Below, one piece after another: positions 9,701 through 18,203 of a stretch of 64,000 bases of DNA. The notes below the pieces were generated by a model. It saw nothing but the letters and a program-made list of their open reading frames with translations, was not told where the DNA came from and did not search any database. A program made the translations under genes and the position numbers. Source of the DNA: a bacterium (GTDB taxonomy: Bacteria; Patescibacteriota; Minisyncoccia; UBA6257; Colwellbacteraceae); contig JAJYME010000007.1 in NCBI GenBank assembly GCA_021787205.1, positions 74,334 to 138,333 on the forward strand, in the 5' to 3' direction. Position 1 is the first letter of the stretch. Each line of letters starts with the position of its first letter.

Positions 9701-9788
9701 GACCGTCAATCTCATCAACCGCCTCCTTCTGAGCCTTATTAAGCTTCCCATACGCCTCTTCGAAAACTTTGTTATAATCCTTTTCCAT
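6738..9788 (-). CDS. UvrD/PcrA-family helicase fused to a C-terminal PD-(D/E)XK nuclease
   Basis: AGPGTGKT, LVDEHQD, VGDEKQAIYRF, ENYRS, MTAHKSKGLEF, RRLFYVALTR; C-terminal GRIDRIE..IDFKTG with Cys residues (DCP...CDDPKCEYC). Confidence 0.93.
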   Translation of the reverse strand: MEKDYNKVFEEAYGKLNKAQKEAVDEIDGPVMVIAGPGTGKTQILTMRIANICRKTDTEPENILALTFTEAAASSMKRRLVDLMGPGGYQVMISTFHGFANDVIKNFPEEFPRLIGAELLDDVTRIKFLREVIAALPLEKLKSAYDPDHYLKAINGAINDLKREGVSVDEFAEIIKGEKEGFELIADLYNEKGVNKGKKKTKYIELEKRIAKGEELVGIYREYEKKLQAERYYDYNDMLMEALRALKENDDLLLSIQERYQYILVDEHQDTNKTQNRIVELIASFHDNPNVFIVGDEKQAIYRFQGASLENFTYFQKLYPKSKLVFLEENYRSTQTILDSAHSVLAGKRPLLARSGSKDEKIRICSFTNPYSEIKFVAEDIKSKIASGVLPEEIAILYRENKDSREMSEMLSRYKIPFVIDPGESILYDHLIRKIIVILKAIDAFGSQKELIEAMHIDCFRIDQFDIVKILSAVSADKTSIFDILEDDDVLSSLKLKTERRIKRFYSFLKHRSAEKENVSLLKLYENVIKKSGLMRQVINRGNSIQDLEKINGLFKELKRFIQTEKSASLAKFLEHLEIMKENGFPLSKMVLSPETKKVRLMTAHKSKGLEFGYVYLINAVTNSWEGKRQRNLLPLPAKVYSLWGDKDLPESDKPEDERRLFYVALTRSKIGMTVTYSKFNEEGREQLPTVFVSEMRQDLLDYEDMSGYERDVSAGKELAFGKVEKKAEDEVLDQELIKEIVLKRGFSPTDINNYLDCPWKYFYANLLRIPQTVTKSSAYGTAIHAALADYFEHMQNGKEMSAEETFESFKASLGRQPITDSDKKELMKKGEKSLISFINHYAGTWEKNFLTETPISGGEIDGIPIKGRIDRIELLNNGKVRVIDFKTGKYKTMGQIIGTTKDSNGQIKRQIVFYKLLLQQLKERKYVFDYGTVDFVEPDDKGDFHRENLVPDEEDVKKLTDEIKFVYDEVTNLKFWNKRCDDPKCEYCQMRDLRRDKPMEIESQKYGDVDNSDEE

Positions 9789-9853
9789 TAGGTTAATGAT
9801 AGCACAAAAAACATCAAAAAATCTCCCGGTTAAGGGAGATTTTGATGATTATT

Positions 9854-10066
9854 TTATTTTTCTTCGGCAACCTGGGCTTCCAAGTACTTCTGCCAATCGG
9901 CATTTTCCTGCTTATTGGTTTCAAGCTTGGCAAGTTCGTGCAAAATGGCATCTTTGCCAGATTCGGCATGCCTCTTTTGCAAATATCCGGTAGTAATTTC
10001 AATGCGGATCAGGTTTTCTTTTACTTCGTCAAGAAGTTCGTTTAAGATTTCCTTTCTGTTCTTCAT
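9854..10066 (-). CDS. Small coiled-coil hypothetical protein
   Basis: 70 aa ORF with TATAAT 7 nt upstream of ATG and a hairpin downstream. Confidence 0.7.
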   Translation of the reverse strand: MKNRKEILNELLDEVKENLIRIEITTGYLQKRHAESGKDAILHELAKLETNKQENADWQKYLEAQVAEEK

Positions 10067-10107
10067 AAGTCCTATTATACTAACTTTTCAATCGCGGTTT
10101 TGCAAGC

Positions 10108-11016
10108 TTAAACGGTAAGGTAGCGACGGACGACAATAACGGAAGAAATGACCCCGATACCGACGGCAAATAAGAGATTCAAGCCCAAAAAACCGAAAAT
10201 ATGGGTGATAAAATAGCTCCACATACTGAACTCAGGGATAATAACCCTGATAGCCGGGTTTGCCCAGAGGACAAACGGAGTGGTGATAATCGTCGCCAAG
10301 AAAGCGGAGACGATTCCGTAGATGGCACCGACGATAATATAAGGACCGCGCACGAAAGCGTTGGAGGCACCGACGAGTCTCATTATCCCGATCTCATCCT
10401 TATTGCTGTTGATAGCAAGGAGGATGGTGTTGAAAGAAACGATACCGGCGACAATCGACATGACGACAATCAGGATAAAGCCCATGCTCCTGCCGACATC
10501 CATGATCCTCGACAATCTCTCAATGACGGTCTGGTTCTGGCTGTAGCTGACATTAGTCACCATATTCTTGAATTTTTCATCCTTGAAATAATCGGCGATG
10601 ACGGCATAGCCTTTCGGATCATGAGCTTTGATATTAAGCGAAGCCTGAAGAGGGTTGCTCTCAATCTCTTGCAAAGCCCTTGTGACATCCTCATCACCAG
10701 CATGCCTTTCCTTGAACTTCTCCAAGGCGGCATCCTTCGAAATATAAGCGACCGATTTTACTTCGGGCATCTTTTCTAAAACGCCTTTAACCTGGAGAAC
10801 GTCATCTTCACTGACTGAATCGGCGAAGTCGACGCTGATGTCGATCTTATCCTTGATCGTCCCTAAAGACCTGTCTCCGATGACGCCGAAAATAAGAAGC
10901 CCTTGAAAGACGATAACGGCCAAAAGCATGACCAAAACGGTAGCGATGGAAACCAGATAGTTTCTGAGAAAATTCTGCAATCCATACTTAAAGACTCTGT
11001 ATAAAGTAGTGACCAT
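10108..11016 (-). CDS. ftsX: Cell division permease FtsX
   Basis: 4 TM helices, EIGIMRLVGASNAFVRGPY motif, downstream of ftsE. Confidence 0.95.
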   Translation of the reverse strand: MVTTLYRVFKYGLQNFLRNYLVSIATVLVMLLAVIVFQGLLIFGVIGDRSLGTIKDKIDISVDFADSVSEDDVLQVKGVLEKMPEVKSVAYISKDAALEKFKERHAGDEDVTRALQEIESNPLQASLNIKAHDPKGYAVIADYFKDEKFKNMVTNVSYSQNQTVIERLSRIMDVGRSMGFILIVVMSIVAGIVSFNTILLAINSNKDEIGIMRLVGASNAFVRGPYIIVGAIYGIVSAFLATIITTPFVLWANPAIRVIIPEFSMWSYFITHIFGFLGLNLLFAVGIGVISSVIVVRRYLTV

Positions 11017-11696
11017 TAGGCTAAAATATATTTTCCTTTTTCTTCATCGCGGAGGATACGACCATCTTCCATGCTGATAACCCTCTTCTCAAGTTGGTTG
11101 ACAATATCCTTATTGTGAGTCGCTAGGATTACCGTGGTACCAAGCTCGTTGATCTTCATCAAAAGATTGATAATGCCCCAAGTGTTTATCGGATCAAGAT
11201 TTCCGGTCGGCTCATCGGCGATGATGACATCGGGATGATTGACCATGGCTCTCGCGATGGCAACTCTTTGCCTCTCGCCACCCGACAACTCGTTGATGAA
11301 ATTGTGCATCTTATTGCCAAGCCCCACCAAATCGAGGACCTGGGGAGTGATTTCCGCTATTTCCCTGTCGGGGCGGCCGGCAACCTCCATGGCAAAAACA
11401 ACATTCTCGTAAGCCGTCTTTCTCGGCAATAACCTGAAATCTTGAAAAATAATTCCCATATGACGCCTTAAGAACGGGAGGTTTTTAGACTTCATCCTGG
11501 CAACGTCATACGAACCAAAAACAATTCTTCCTTTCGTAGGTTTCTCTTCACCTATGAGCATCTTGATCAAGGTCGATTTTCCAGCTCCGGATCTTCCCAC
11601 TAAAGAGACAAATTCACCGGGTTCAATTTTAAAACTGATATCGGAAATGACTTCATTAGGCCCATATTTTTTTGAAACTCCATTAAATGTAATCAC
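11016..11696 (-). CDS. ftsE: Cell division ATP-binding protein FtsE
   Basis: GRSGAGKST, IFQDFRLL, LSGGERQRV, ADEPTGNLD. Confidence 0.96.
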   Translation of the reverse strand: MITFNGVSKKYGPNEVISDISFKIEPGEFVSLVGRSGAGKSTLIKMLIGEEKPTKGRIVFGSYDVARMKSKNLPFLRRHMGIIFQDFRLLPRKTAYENVVFAMEVAGRPDREIAEITPQVLDLVGLGNKMHNFINELSGGERQRVAIARAMVNHPDVIIADEPTGNLDPINTWGIINLLMKINELGTTVILATHNKDIVNQLEKRVISMEDGRILRDEEKGKYILA

Positions 11697-11702
11697 TGTT
11701 AC

Positions 11703-12650
11703 TTATAAGTTTAACTCAGCTTCCACTAATTCATCAAGCTGGCCATTCAAAACATCGTCGACTTTTGATGTTTCATATTCCGTCCTGTGATCCTTGACCA
11801 TCTTGTAGGGATGGAGGACATAGGAACGGATTTGATGTCCCCATTCAATCGAAACTTTTGTTTTTAAATTAGAAATTTCAGTTTCCTGTTTTTCCTTCAT
11901 CAACTTCAAAAGCCTCGCCTTCAAAATATTCATCGCTATTTCCCTATTCTGTGACTGACCCCTCTCAACCGAGGAGGTAGCAGTCAGCCCGGTGGGAATG
12001 TGGGTAACCTTGACCACCGTTTCAACCTTGTTGGCGTTCTGTCCGCCCGGACCTGACGATCTGTTGAAATCAACCTTGATGTCCTTTTCCGGAATCTCAA
12101 TATCGGTTTTGATTTTTCCCAAATCAGGCAAGACTTCAACCAAAGCAAAGGAAGTGTGACGCAAGCCCTTGGAATCGTAGGGAGAGATCCTGACCAGACG
12201 ATGAACGCCCGATTCGTTCTTGAGAATGTTATAGGCGTCCTCCCCTTTTATCTCTATCGTATCATCATCGATCATCCTCGTTTTCCAACCGCGCCTTGCC
12301 GCATACAATCCATACATCTTCATCAGCATTCCGCCCCAATCGGCCGCATCCTCGCCGCCAGCTCCAGGGTAAACCGAGATCAAAGCCGGGAGATTCTCGT
12401 ATTCGTTCTTCGGCATATACTCCGCCTCAAAGGCCCTAGCCTCTTCCGCGTTCGTGATGCTTTCAAAATCGGTCACGAGATTCTTAAGCTTTCCGTATTC
12501 CTTGGTCTTCTCCTCCGCCTCAAAACGGTTCTTCGTCCAAAGATCCGGATTGGAGACCTCGAATTCAAGCTCCTTGAGCCTAGTCTTATTTTTTTCAATT
12601 TCAAACCTTTCACCTAGGTTTTTTAAGATAAAATCCAAATCTTCAGTCAT
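11703..12650 (-). CDS. prfB: Peptide chain release factor 2 (short, uninterrupted ORF)
   Basis: ESGVHRLVRISPY, RHTSFA, GPGGQNANK, WGHQIRSYVLHPYKMVKDHRT. Confidence 0.93.
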   Translation of the reverse strand: MTEDLDFILKNLGERFEIEKNKTRLKELEFEVSNPDLWTKNRFEAEEKTKEYGKLKNLVTDFESITNAEEARAFEAEYMPKNEYENLPALISVYPGAGGEDAADWGGMLMKMYGLYAARRGWKTRMIDDDTIEIKGEDAYNILKNESGVHRLVRISPYDSKGLRHTSFALVEVLPDLGKIKTDIEIPEKDIKVDFNRSSGPGGQNANKVETVVKVTHIPTGLTATSSVERGQSQNREIAMNILKARLLKLMKEKQETEISNLKTKVSIEWGHQIRSYVLHPYKMVKDHRTEYETSKVDDVLNGQLDELVEAELNL

Positions 12651-12692
12651 AAATCAACCGTTATATATTACCACAAACCGAGCTCATTTTTA

Positions 12693-12721
12693 TTGACTTT
12701 TTTCTGTATTTGTGGTACAAT
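12693..12721 (+). promoter_or_regulatory. Sigma70-type promoter for the GNAT gene
   Basis: TTGACT-17 nt-TACAAT with a TG extended -10; GAGGAGG SD at 12752-12758. Confidence 0.65.
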
Positions 12722-12767
12722 TCACCCAGAAAACTAAAATATTCTTAATTTGAGGAGGCAGTTTATC

Positions 12768-13211
12768 TTGGCAATATATCTGGAACAAAGCACGAGGAAA
12801 GACGCAAGGCTTTTGGAGTTGTGGAGACTACTGGACGATCAGGATGACTTTAACTTTCAGGCTACTATGACCGCTGACGAGCAAGACGTGAAGGAGATGA
12901 TATCAGACAACCTGTTTTTGACCTTTGATGAATCCGGGCAACCGATCGGATTCATCGGATTTTATACTTATTATGACCGAAAACGCAGGTACGGAGTCCG
13001 AATTTATATTATTCCCGAACAGCGCCGAAGAGGTTATGGACCCCAGTTGGTAGATATGCTAAGGCTCTTGGCGATAGAAAAACATTACAGCCAAATATTC
13101 GCCGTCGTCTGCAAAGATAATAACAGATCATCCAGGCTCTTCGAGAGAGACCTTAATTGGAGACTGGACCATCAGACCGACCGAAAAACCTACTTCTCCT
13201 GCCGACCTTAA
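12768..13211 (+). CDS. GNAT-family N-acetyltransferase
   Basis: IYIIPEQRRRGYG acetyl-CoA motif and DNNRSSRLFE; TTG start at 12768 after SD. Confidence 0.8.
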   Translation: MAIYLEQSTRKDARLLELWRLLDDQDDFNFQATMTADEQDVKEMISDNLFLTFDESGQPIGFIGFYTYYDRKRRYGVRIYIIPEQRRRGYGPQLVDMLRLLAIEKHYSQIFAVVCKDNNRSSRLFERDLNWRLDHQTDRKTYFSCRP

Positions 13212-13287
13212 GACCCCTCCCCCGAAGAGACCTTCGGGGGATTTATGTTTGAAAAGAGACTCATTTTAAGATAAGATACCATGGTAT

Positions 13288-13360
13288 GCCGAAGTAGCTC
13301 AGCTGGTAGAGCAATGCTTTCGTAAAGCAGAGGTCGCGAGTTCGAATCTCGCCTTCGGCT
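13288..13360 (+). tRNA. tRNA-Thr(CGT)
   Basis: GCCGAAG-TAGCTCAGCTGGTAGAGC-A-ATGCT TTCGTAA AGCAG-AGGTC-GCGAG TTCGAAT CTCGC-CTTCGGC-T. Confidence 0.94.
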
Positions 13361-13406
13361 CAGTATAAAGGGCGAGATTCTCGCCTTCGGCTCAGTACGG
13401 ATAAGA

Positions 13407-13440
13407 ATAAATAAGACCCGCCTTGGCGGGTCTTATTTAT
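13407..13440. terminator. Bidirectional terminator-like perfect palindrome
   Basis: ATAAATAAGACCCGCC-TT-GGCGGGTCTTATTTAT between convergent tRNA-Thr and CDS. Confidence 0.75.
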
Positions 13441-13456
13441 GGTTTTTATTTTTTAA

Positions 13457-13888
13457 TTACGGTTTCGGACTCTCAGCGGCAGAAGGCTGCTTCGCCGTCG
13501 CGCTTTGACCATCGGGAACGATCGGGGCGACATTGATTATCTTATGAATGGACGGACGATATAATATCGCCTGCATATATTTTCCACCATAAGCCAAGAG
13601 CTTGTCGCCGTTCTCCGCTTTAGCAAAGAAGGCTTGATCCTTCAACTTTTCTATGTCTGAAATCGTAGCAACTGTTGGTGTCTCGTCGGCCGGGAGTTCC
13701 ATTATCTTCCCCACCTCCCTCACCAACCTAGCCGTATCTTCTTTGGCCTCGATATTTGGGTCCTTTTTGAGATTATTGTATTTTACATAGAAATAAGCGG
13801 TCGATCCGAAAGCGACAACTAAAACCGCAATAATTCCGAAAAATAAAACTTTGTTTTTCTTCCCGAGCTTATCCGAGATCGGAGTCAA
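13457..13888 (-). CDS. Membrane-anchored hypothetical protein
   Basis: Single TM helix then LPADETPTVATI...FFAKAENGDKLL...AILYRPS; start uncertain (see finding). Confidence 0.8.
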   Translation of the reverse strand: MTPISDKLGKKNKVLFFGIIAVLVVAFGSTAYFYVKYNNLKKDPNIEAKEDTARLVREVGKIMELPADETPTVATISDIEKLKDQAFFAKAENGDKLLAYGGKYMQAILYRPSIHKIINVAPIVPDGQSATAKQPSAAESPKP

Positions 13889-13971
13889 GGATCCTTCCAG
13901 GGTAGAAACTTTTTTTCTCTCATTGTTTGCTGATTATATTTTAGCAAAAATCAGGAATAGCAACAAGAAAA

Positions 13972-15588
13972 TCAACTGTTGTCCTTGACTGCTTTTATAA
14001 ACGAGACGAACAAAGGGTGAGGTTCCATGAATTTGCTCTTCAGCTCCGGGTGGGCCTGGGTAGCGACGAAGAAAGGATGTTGCTCTTTCGGAATCTCAAT
14101 GAACTCCACTAATTCGCCGTCCGGCGATTTGCCTGAAAAGACCAAACCGGATTTTTCCAAGTCGGCATGATAAGCCGGATTGACCTCATAGCGGTGGCGA
14201 TGACGTTCAGAAACCTCGCCGCCATTTTCCAAATTATAGATTCCAGAGACCACCATTCCAGGAGCGATGACGGCCGTATAAGCGCCAAGTCTTTGGTTGC
14301 CGCCCATCTTATCAAGATTCTTTTGGCTTTCCAGGATATCGATAACCGGGTGACTGGTTTCTTCGTTGTTTTCGGTCGTGTCGGCATCGTCCCAACCCAG
14401 AACGTTCCTGGCCCGCTCGATGACAGCCATCTGAAGGCCGTAGCAAAGTCCAAGGAAAGGAATCTTGTTGGTTCTGGCGATCCTTATGCCCTCTATCATG
14501 CCCTCAACTCCCCTCTTACCATATCCTCCAGGAACAATAATCCCGGAAACACCCTTTATCTCTTCCTCCAGATTCTCGCTTTCGGAATCAATAGGAACAA
14601 TATCGACTTTGACATCATTTTCAACACCGCCGTGAAAAAGAGCTTCTTTGACAGAGATATAGGCATCCGGATGATTGTGGTATTTGCCCACCATCCCAAC
14701 CCTTACAGTCTTCTCCGCGCTTCTGATTCTTTCCAGCTTTTCCCTCCATTCAAGCAAATTATTTGGCACCTCGTCCAAGGAGAATCTCTGAAGGACCGCG
14801 TTTAAGAGTCCTCTCTCCTCAAGGTTAACCGGTATCTCGTAAATATTCTTGGCGTCGACCGCCTCTATGATCCTCTCAACGGGGACGTTGCAAAACATTG
14901 AAATCTTATCGATATTTTCGGGAGCAACTTCTCTCTTGGCGCGAACAACCAAAACATCCGGCATCAATCCCAAACCCATCATCTGCCTGACCGAATTCTG
15001 TATCGGCTTCGTCTTCTCCTCATCCGACGGAAAGACATAATCGATCTTGACCACGTGGATGCTCAAGGACCTCTCCCGGCCGACTTCGATCATTATCTGC
15101 CTCATCGCTTCCAGAAAAGGGGCGATCTCCATATCTGATCCGACCGTTCCACCAATTTCTACAAGTAAGAAATCAGGGTTCTCTTCCGAGGCAGTCTTAT
15201 AAATCCTTGATTTTATCTCATCGGTAATATGGGGCACGACCTGGATCGTCTTGCCCAGGAACTCACCTCTCCTCTCCTTATCCAACACGGACCTGTAGAC
15301 AGAACCGCTGGTAAAATTGCTTCTCTTGTCCAAAGGCTTGGAAATAAACCTTTCATAATGACCGAGGTCGAGATCGGTTTCCGCACCGTCGTCAGTCACG
15401 AATACCTCGCCGTGCTGAAAAGGATTCATCGTACCCGCGTCTTCATTAAGATAAGGGTCGGTCTTTATCGAAAAAACAGAGTAATTGTGAGAGACCAAAA
15501 GTCTTCCCAACGAGGCGGCCGTTATCCCCTTTCCTATCCCGGAGATTACCCCTCCGGTGACAAATATGAAGCGAGTTTCTTTTTTCAT
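13972..15588 (-). CDS. pyrG: CTP synthase
   Basis: FVTGGVISGIGKG, DPYLNEDAGTMNPFQHGEV, GLCYGLQ, ERHRHRYE, QAHPE. Confidence 0.98.
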   Translation of the reverse strand: MKKETRFIFVTGGVISGIGKGITAASLGRLLVSHNYSVFSIKTDPYLNEDAGTMNPFQHGEVFVTDDGAETDLDLGHYERFISKPLDKRSNFTSGSVYRSVLDKERRGEFLGKTIQVVPHITDEIKSRIYKTASEENPDFLLVEIGGTVGSDMEIAPFLEAMRQIMIEVGRERSLSIHVVKIDYVFPSDEEKTKPIQNSVRQMMGLGLMPDVLVVRAKREVAPENIDKISMFCNVPVERIIEAVDAKNIYEIPVNLEERGLLNAVLQRFSLDEVPNNLLEWREKLERIRSAEKTVRVGMVGKYHNHPDAYISVKEALFHGGVENDVKVDIVPIDSESENLEEEIKGVSGIIVPGGYGKRGVEGMIEGIRIARTNKIPFLGLCYGLQMAVIERARNVLGWDDADTTENNEETSHPVIDILESQKNLDKMGGNQRLGAYTAVIAPGMVVSGIYNLENGGEVSERHRHRYEVNPAYHADLEKSGLVFSGKSPDGELVEFIEIPKEQHPFFVATQAHPELKSKFMEPHPLFVSFIKAVKDNS

Positions 15589-15810
15589 CGTGCGTTTCTT
15601 TTATTGTAGCCCTTTTAAGAAACTTTTTATAACAAAGAAACTCCTTGGTTTTCCGCAAGAAACAATCTTATCCACAGACCACCCTTTTTGAGAAATAAAT
15701 TGTCAATCTCCCAAAACCGCTTAAAATCTACAAAATACCTCCCGCCATCATGGGGATAAGTGAAATAACCGCAAAAAACAGGAAAAAATACCCGGAGATA
15801 GAAGCAACAG

Positions 15811-16064
15811 TTCGATTCCCGCCTCATCCTTATATAAAAATACCCGCATAGGATGCAGGTATTTTTGATGAGCGAGTAGCGGGACGCTAGCTATCTCACG
15901 TCGCGGAAGTGTCCGCTCCTATGAAACCCACGGTTTCATAAACATCCTTCACGGAAGGGATACCTTCATCTCCCTTCCGACCCATCCCTATTCGATTCCC
16001 GCCTCATCCTTATATAAAAATACCCACATAGGATGCGGGTATTTTTGATGAGCGAGTAGCGGGA
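15811..16064. repeat. tRNA-associated structured element, copy B (downstream of tRNA-Gly)
   Basis: 74-bp direct repeat 15811-15884 vs 15991-16064 (72/74 identical) enclosing a two-hairpin core 15920-15979. Confidence 0.88.
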
Positions 16065-16122
16065 ATCGAACCCGTGTCTCAACCTTGGGAAGGTTGCATA
16101 ATGGCCACTATACGATACTCGC
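16051..16122 (-). tRNA. tRNA-Gly(CCC)
   Basis: GCGAGTA...CAACC TTCCCAA GGTTG...CGGG TTCGATT CCCG...TACTCGC-T. Confidence 0.93.
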
Positions 16123-16136
16123 AAAGAAAACCGCGA

Positions 16137-16427
16137 TTACTCGCTGGCTTTCTGCGCTTTTTCAGGCGCGACAATGATTACCTTTTCTTGGGGCAACTTA
16201 TAATTGAAACGCGCTTTTAATTCCTTAATAACGGTCTCGGAGTTGGAAAAACCGTCGAGCTTCTTCTGAAGCTTGTCGTTCTCATCGGAGATCCTCATCA
16301 TATCCGCGGTAAGCTTTTCTTTTTCCGCTTTTGCCGCCGCGTAATCGGAATAGACATCCTTTCCGTATTTGACGATGATGCCTAAGGTTAAAACCAGACA
16401 AATTATATAAATAATTTTCTGAATCAC
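16137..16427 (-). CDS. Septum formation initiator (FtsB/DivIC family)
   Basis: TM helix plus coiled coil, ending ARFNYKLPQEKVII; GTG start 6 nt after TGnTATAAT. Confidence 0.75.
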   Translation of the reverse strand: MIQKIIYIICLVLTLGIIVKYGKDVYSDYAAAKAEKEKLTADMMRISDENDKLQKKLDGFSNSETVIKELKARFNYKLPQEKVIIVAPEKAQKASE

Positions 16428-16448
16428 CTTATGATTATAACACAAAAA

Positions 16449-18200
16449 CTACTTCTTCAATAATTCCTTGAAGATTTCCGGAGAGATGGTCACCCGACCA
16501 CGCTCCTTCAATCTTTTTTTACCGCGTTGCTGTTTCTTCCAAAGCTTTTCTTTTCTGGTTCGGTCTCCTCCATAGAGATAACCGGTGACGTCCTTTTTCA
16601 TAGCGGAGATATCCTCTCTCGCCAAAATCTTTCCCAACGCCTTGACCTGGATAACTTGGGTAAAGAGAGCTTTCGGAAGCAGCTCTTTCAACTCTTCAGC
16701 TGTTTTTCTGGCAATCCTTTCCGCTTCGTGCTTGTAAACGATCCTGGTCAATCCGGGAACTTCCTCAGTAGCCAGAATCACTTCCATCTTGGTGACGTTA
16801 GTCTTGGAATAACCGGCAAACTCGTAGCTGAAGGAGGCGAAGCCCAAGGAGACGGTCTTGATCTTATCATCAAAATCCGAAACGAGCTCAGACAACGGCA
16901 TCCTAGTCCTGACAATGACGTTGTCATCAAACGATTCTGTCTCAATTTCGTCCATTTGAAAGAACTCCTTCAAGGACAGAATCTTACCCAGGTAGGCCTG
17001 AGGAGTGACGATACGAACGATAACCACCGGCTCCATGACGCCGTTATTATCCTCTGGGAAATCCTTTGGACTTTGGATTATCGTCTCAACGCCCTGCTTG
17101 TCCTTCACTTTATAAGCGACTGAGGGGAAGCTGGTGATTACTTCAATATCAAACTCTCTCTCCAGACGGCTAGTGATGATTTCAAAGTGAAGCCTGCCTA
17201 AAAAACCGACTTTGAATCCTCTTCCCAAGACATCGCTATAATCCGAATCGATAGAAAGTGAAGCATCGGTAAGATGAAGTTTATTGAGGGCGCTCTTTAG
17301 ATTCTCATATTCGCCGCCATCCTCCGGATATAACGATACGAAAACTACCGGATTCGGCGGAGTATAACCGGGCAGAGGCTTGTCTCCGATCGTGTCTCCA
17401 ATACGCAAGATGCCCGGGTCTTTGATGCCGGTCGCGATATAACCGATGTCACCTTCCGAGATCTTATCCACCGGCGTCTGCTTCGGGGCGAAGACGCCGA
17501 CTTCTTTTATAAGAAAACTTTTATCGGCAGCGATCAGTCTCGTTGAAATCCTGGCTGAGAATTCGCCGGAAAAGATTCTGACATAAGCGATAATCCCCTT
17601 ATGGTCATCGTAGAAAGAATCAAAAATCAACGCCTGACTGCCCTCAGTAGCAGTAGGATGAGGAATGTCCCTCACTATGCCATCCAAGAGCTCCTTAACA
17701 CCTACACCGGTCTTTCCTGAAACTTTGAAGATTTCTTCTTCTGTCACTCCGATCAATTTTGCCAATTCTTTGATGACGGTGTTGAGTTGCGGAGGATTCA
17801 TGTCAACCTTGTTGACAGCGCCAATAATCCTGAGACCGGCCTTTTTAGCCGATTCAAAATTAGCCAGAGTCTGGGCCTGGATTCCCTGAGTCGCATCAAC
17901 CAAAAGAACCGCGCCTTCAACCGCTTTCAAGGCGCGGGAAACTTCGTAACCGAAGTCGGAATGGCCGGGGGTATCGATGAGATTCAAGACATAATTCTTT
18001 CCCTCATACTGATACTTCATTTTGACCGGCGCCATCTTGATGGTAATCCCCCTTTCACGCTCCAGTTCCATCTGATCCAGGAACTGAGGCTTCATCTCTC
18101 TAGAAGTAATCGTTCCCGTCACCTCCAGCATTCTGTCCGCCAAAGTTGACTTTCCGTGGTCAATGTGGGCAATAATGACAAAGTTTCTAATAAAATCCAT
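16449..18200 (-). CDS. lepA: Elongation factor 4
   Basis: IRNFVIIAHIDHGKSTLADR, ERERGITIK, LYGGDRTRKEKL. Confidence 0.98.
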   Translation of the reverse strand: MDFIRNFVIIAHIDHGKSTLADRMLEVTGTITSREMKPQFLDQMELERERGITIKMAPVKMKYQYEGKNYVLNLIDTPGHSDFGYEVSRALKAVEGAVLLVDATQGIQAQTLANFESAKKAGLRIIGAVNKVDMNPPQLNTVIKELAKLIGVTEEEIFKVSGKTGVGVKELLDGIVRDIPHPTATEGSQALIFDSFYDDHKGIIAYVRIFSGEFSARISTRLIAADKSFLIKEVGVFAPKQTPVDKISEGDIGYIATGIKDPGILRIGDTIGDKPLPGYTPPNPVVFVSLYPEDGGEYENLKSALNKLHLTDASLSIDSDYSDVLGRGFKVGFLGRLHFEIITSRLEREFDIEVITSFPSVAYKVKDKQGVETIIQSPKDFPEDNNGVMEPVVIVRIVTPQAYLGKILSLKEFFQMDEIETESFDDNVIVRTRMPLSELVSDFDDKIKTVSLGFASFSYEFAGYSKTNVTKMEVILATEEVPGLTRIVYKHEAERIARKTAEELKELLPKALFTQVIQVKALGKILAREDISAMKKDVTGYLYGGDRTRKEKLWKKQQRGKKRLKERGRVTISPEIFKELLKK

Positions 18201-18203
18201 TGC

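Noticed and set aside
15627-15827. 66-aa ORF upstream of pyrG
   Set aside because: Overlaps the repeat and promoter region; no recognisable protein features
15811-16064. CRISPR array interpretation of the direct repeats
   Set aside because: Only two 74-bp units containing tRNA-end sequence, a spacer over 100 bp, and no cas genes
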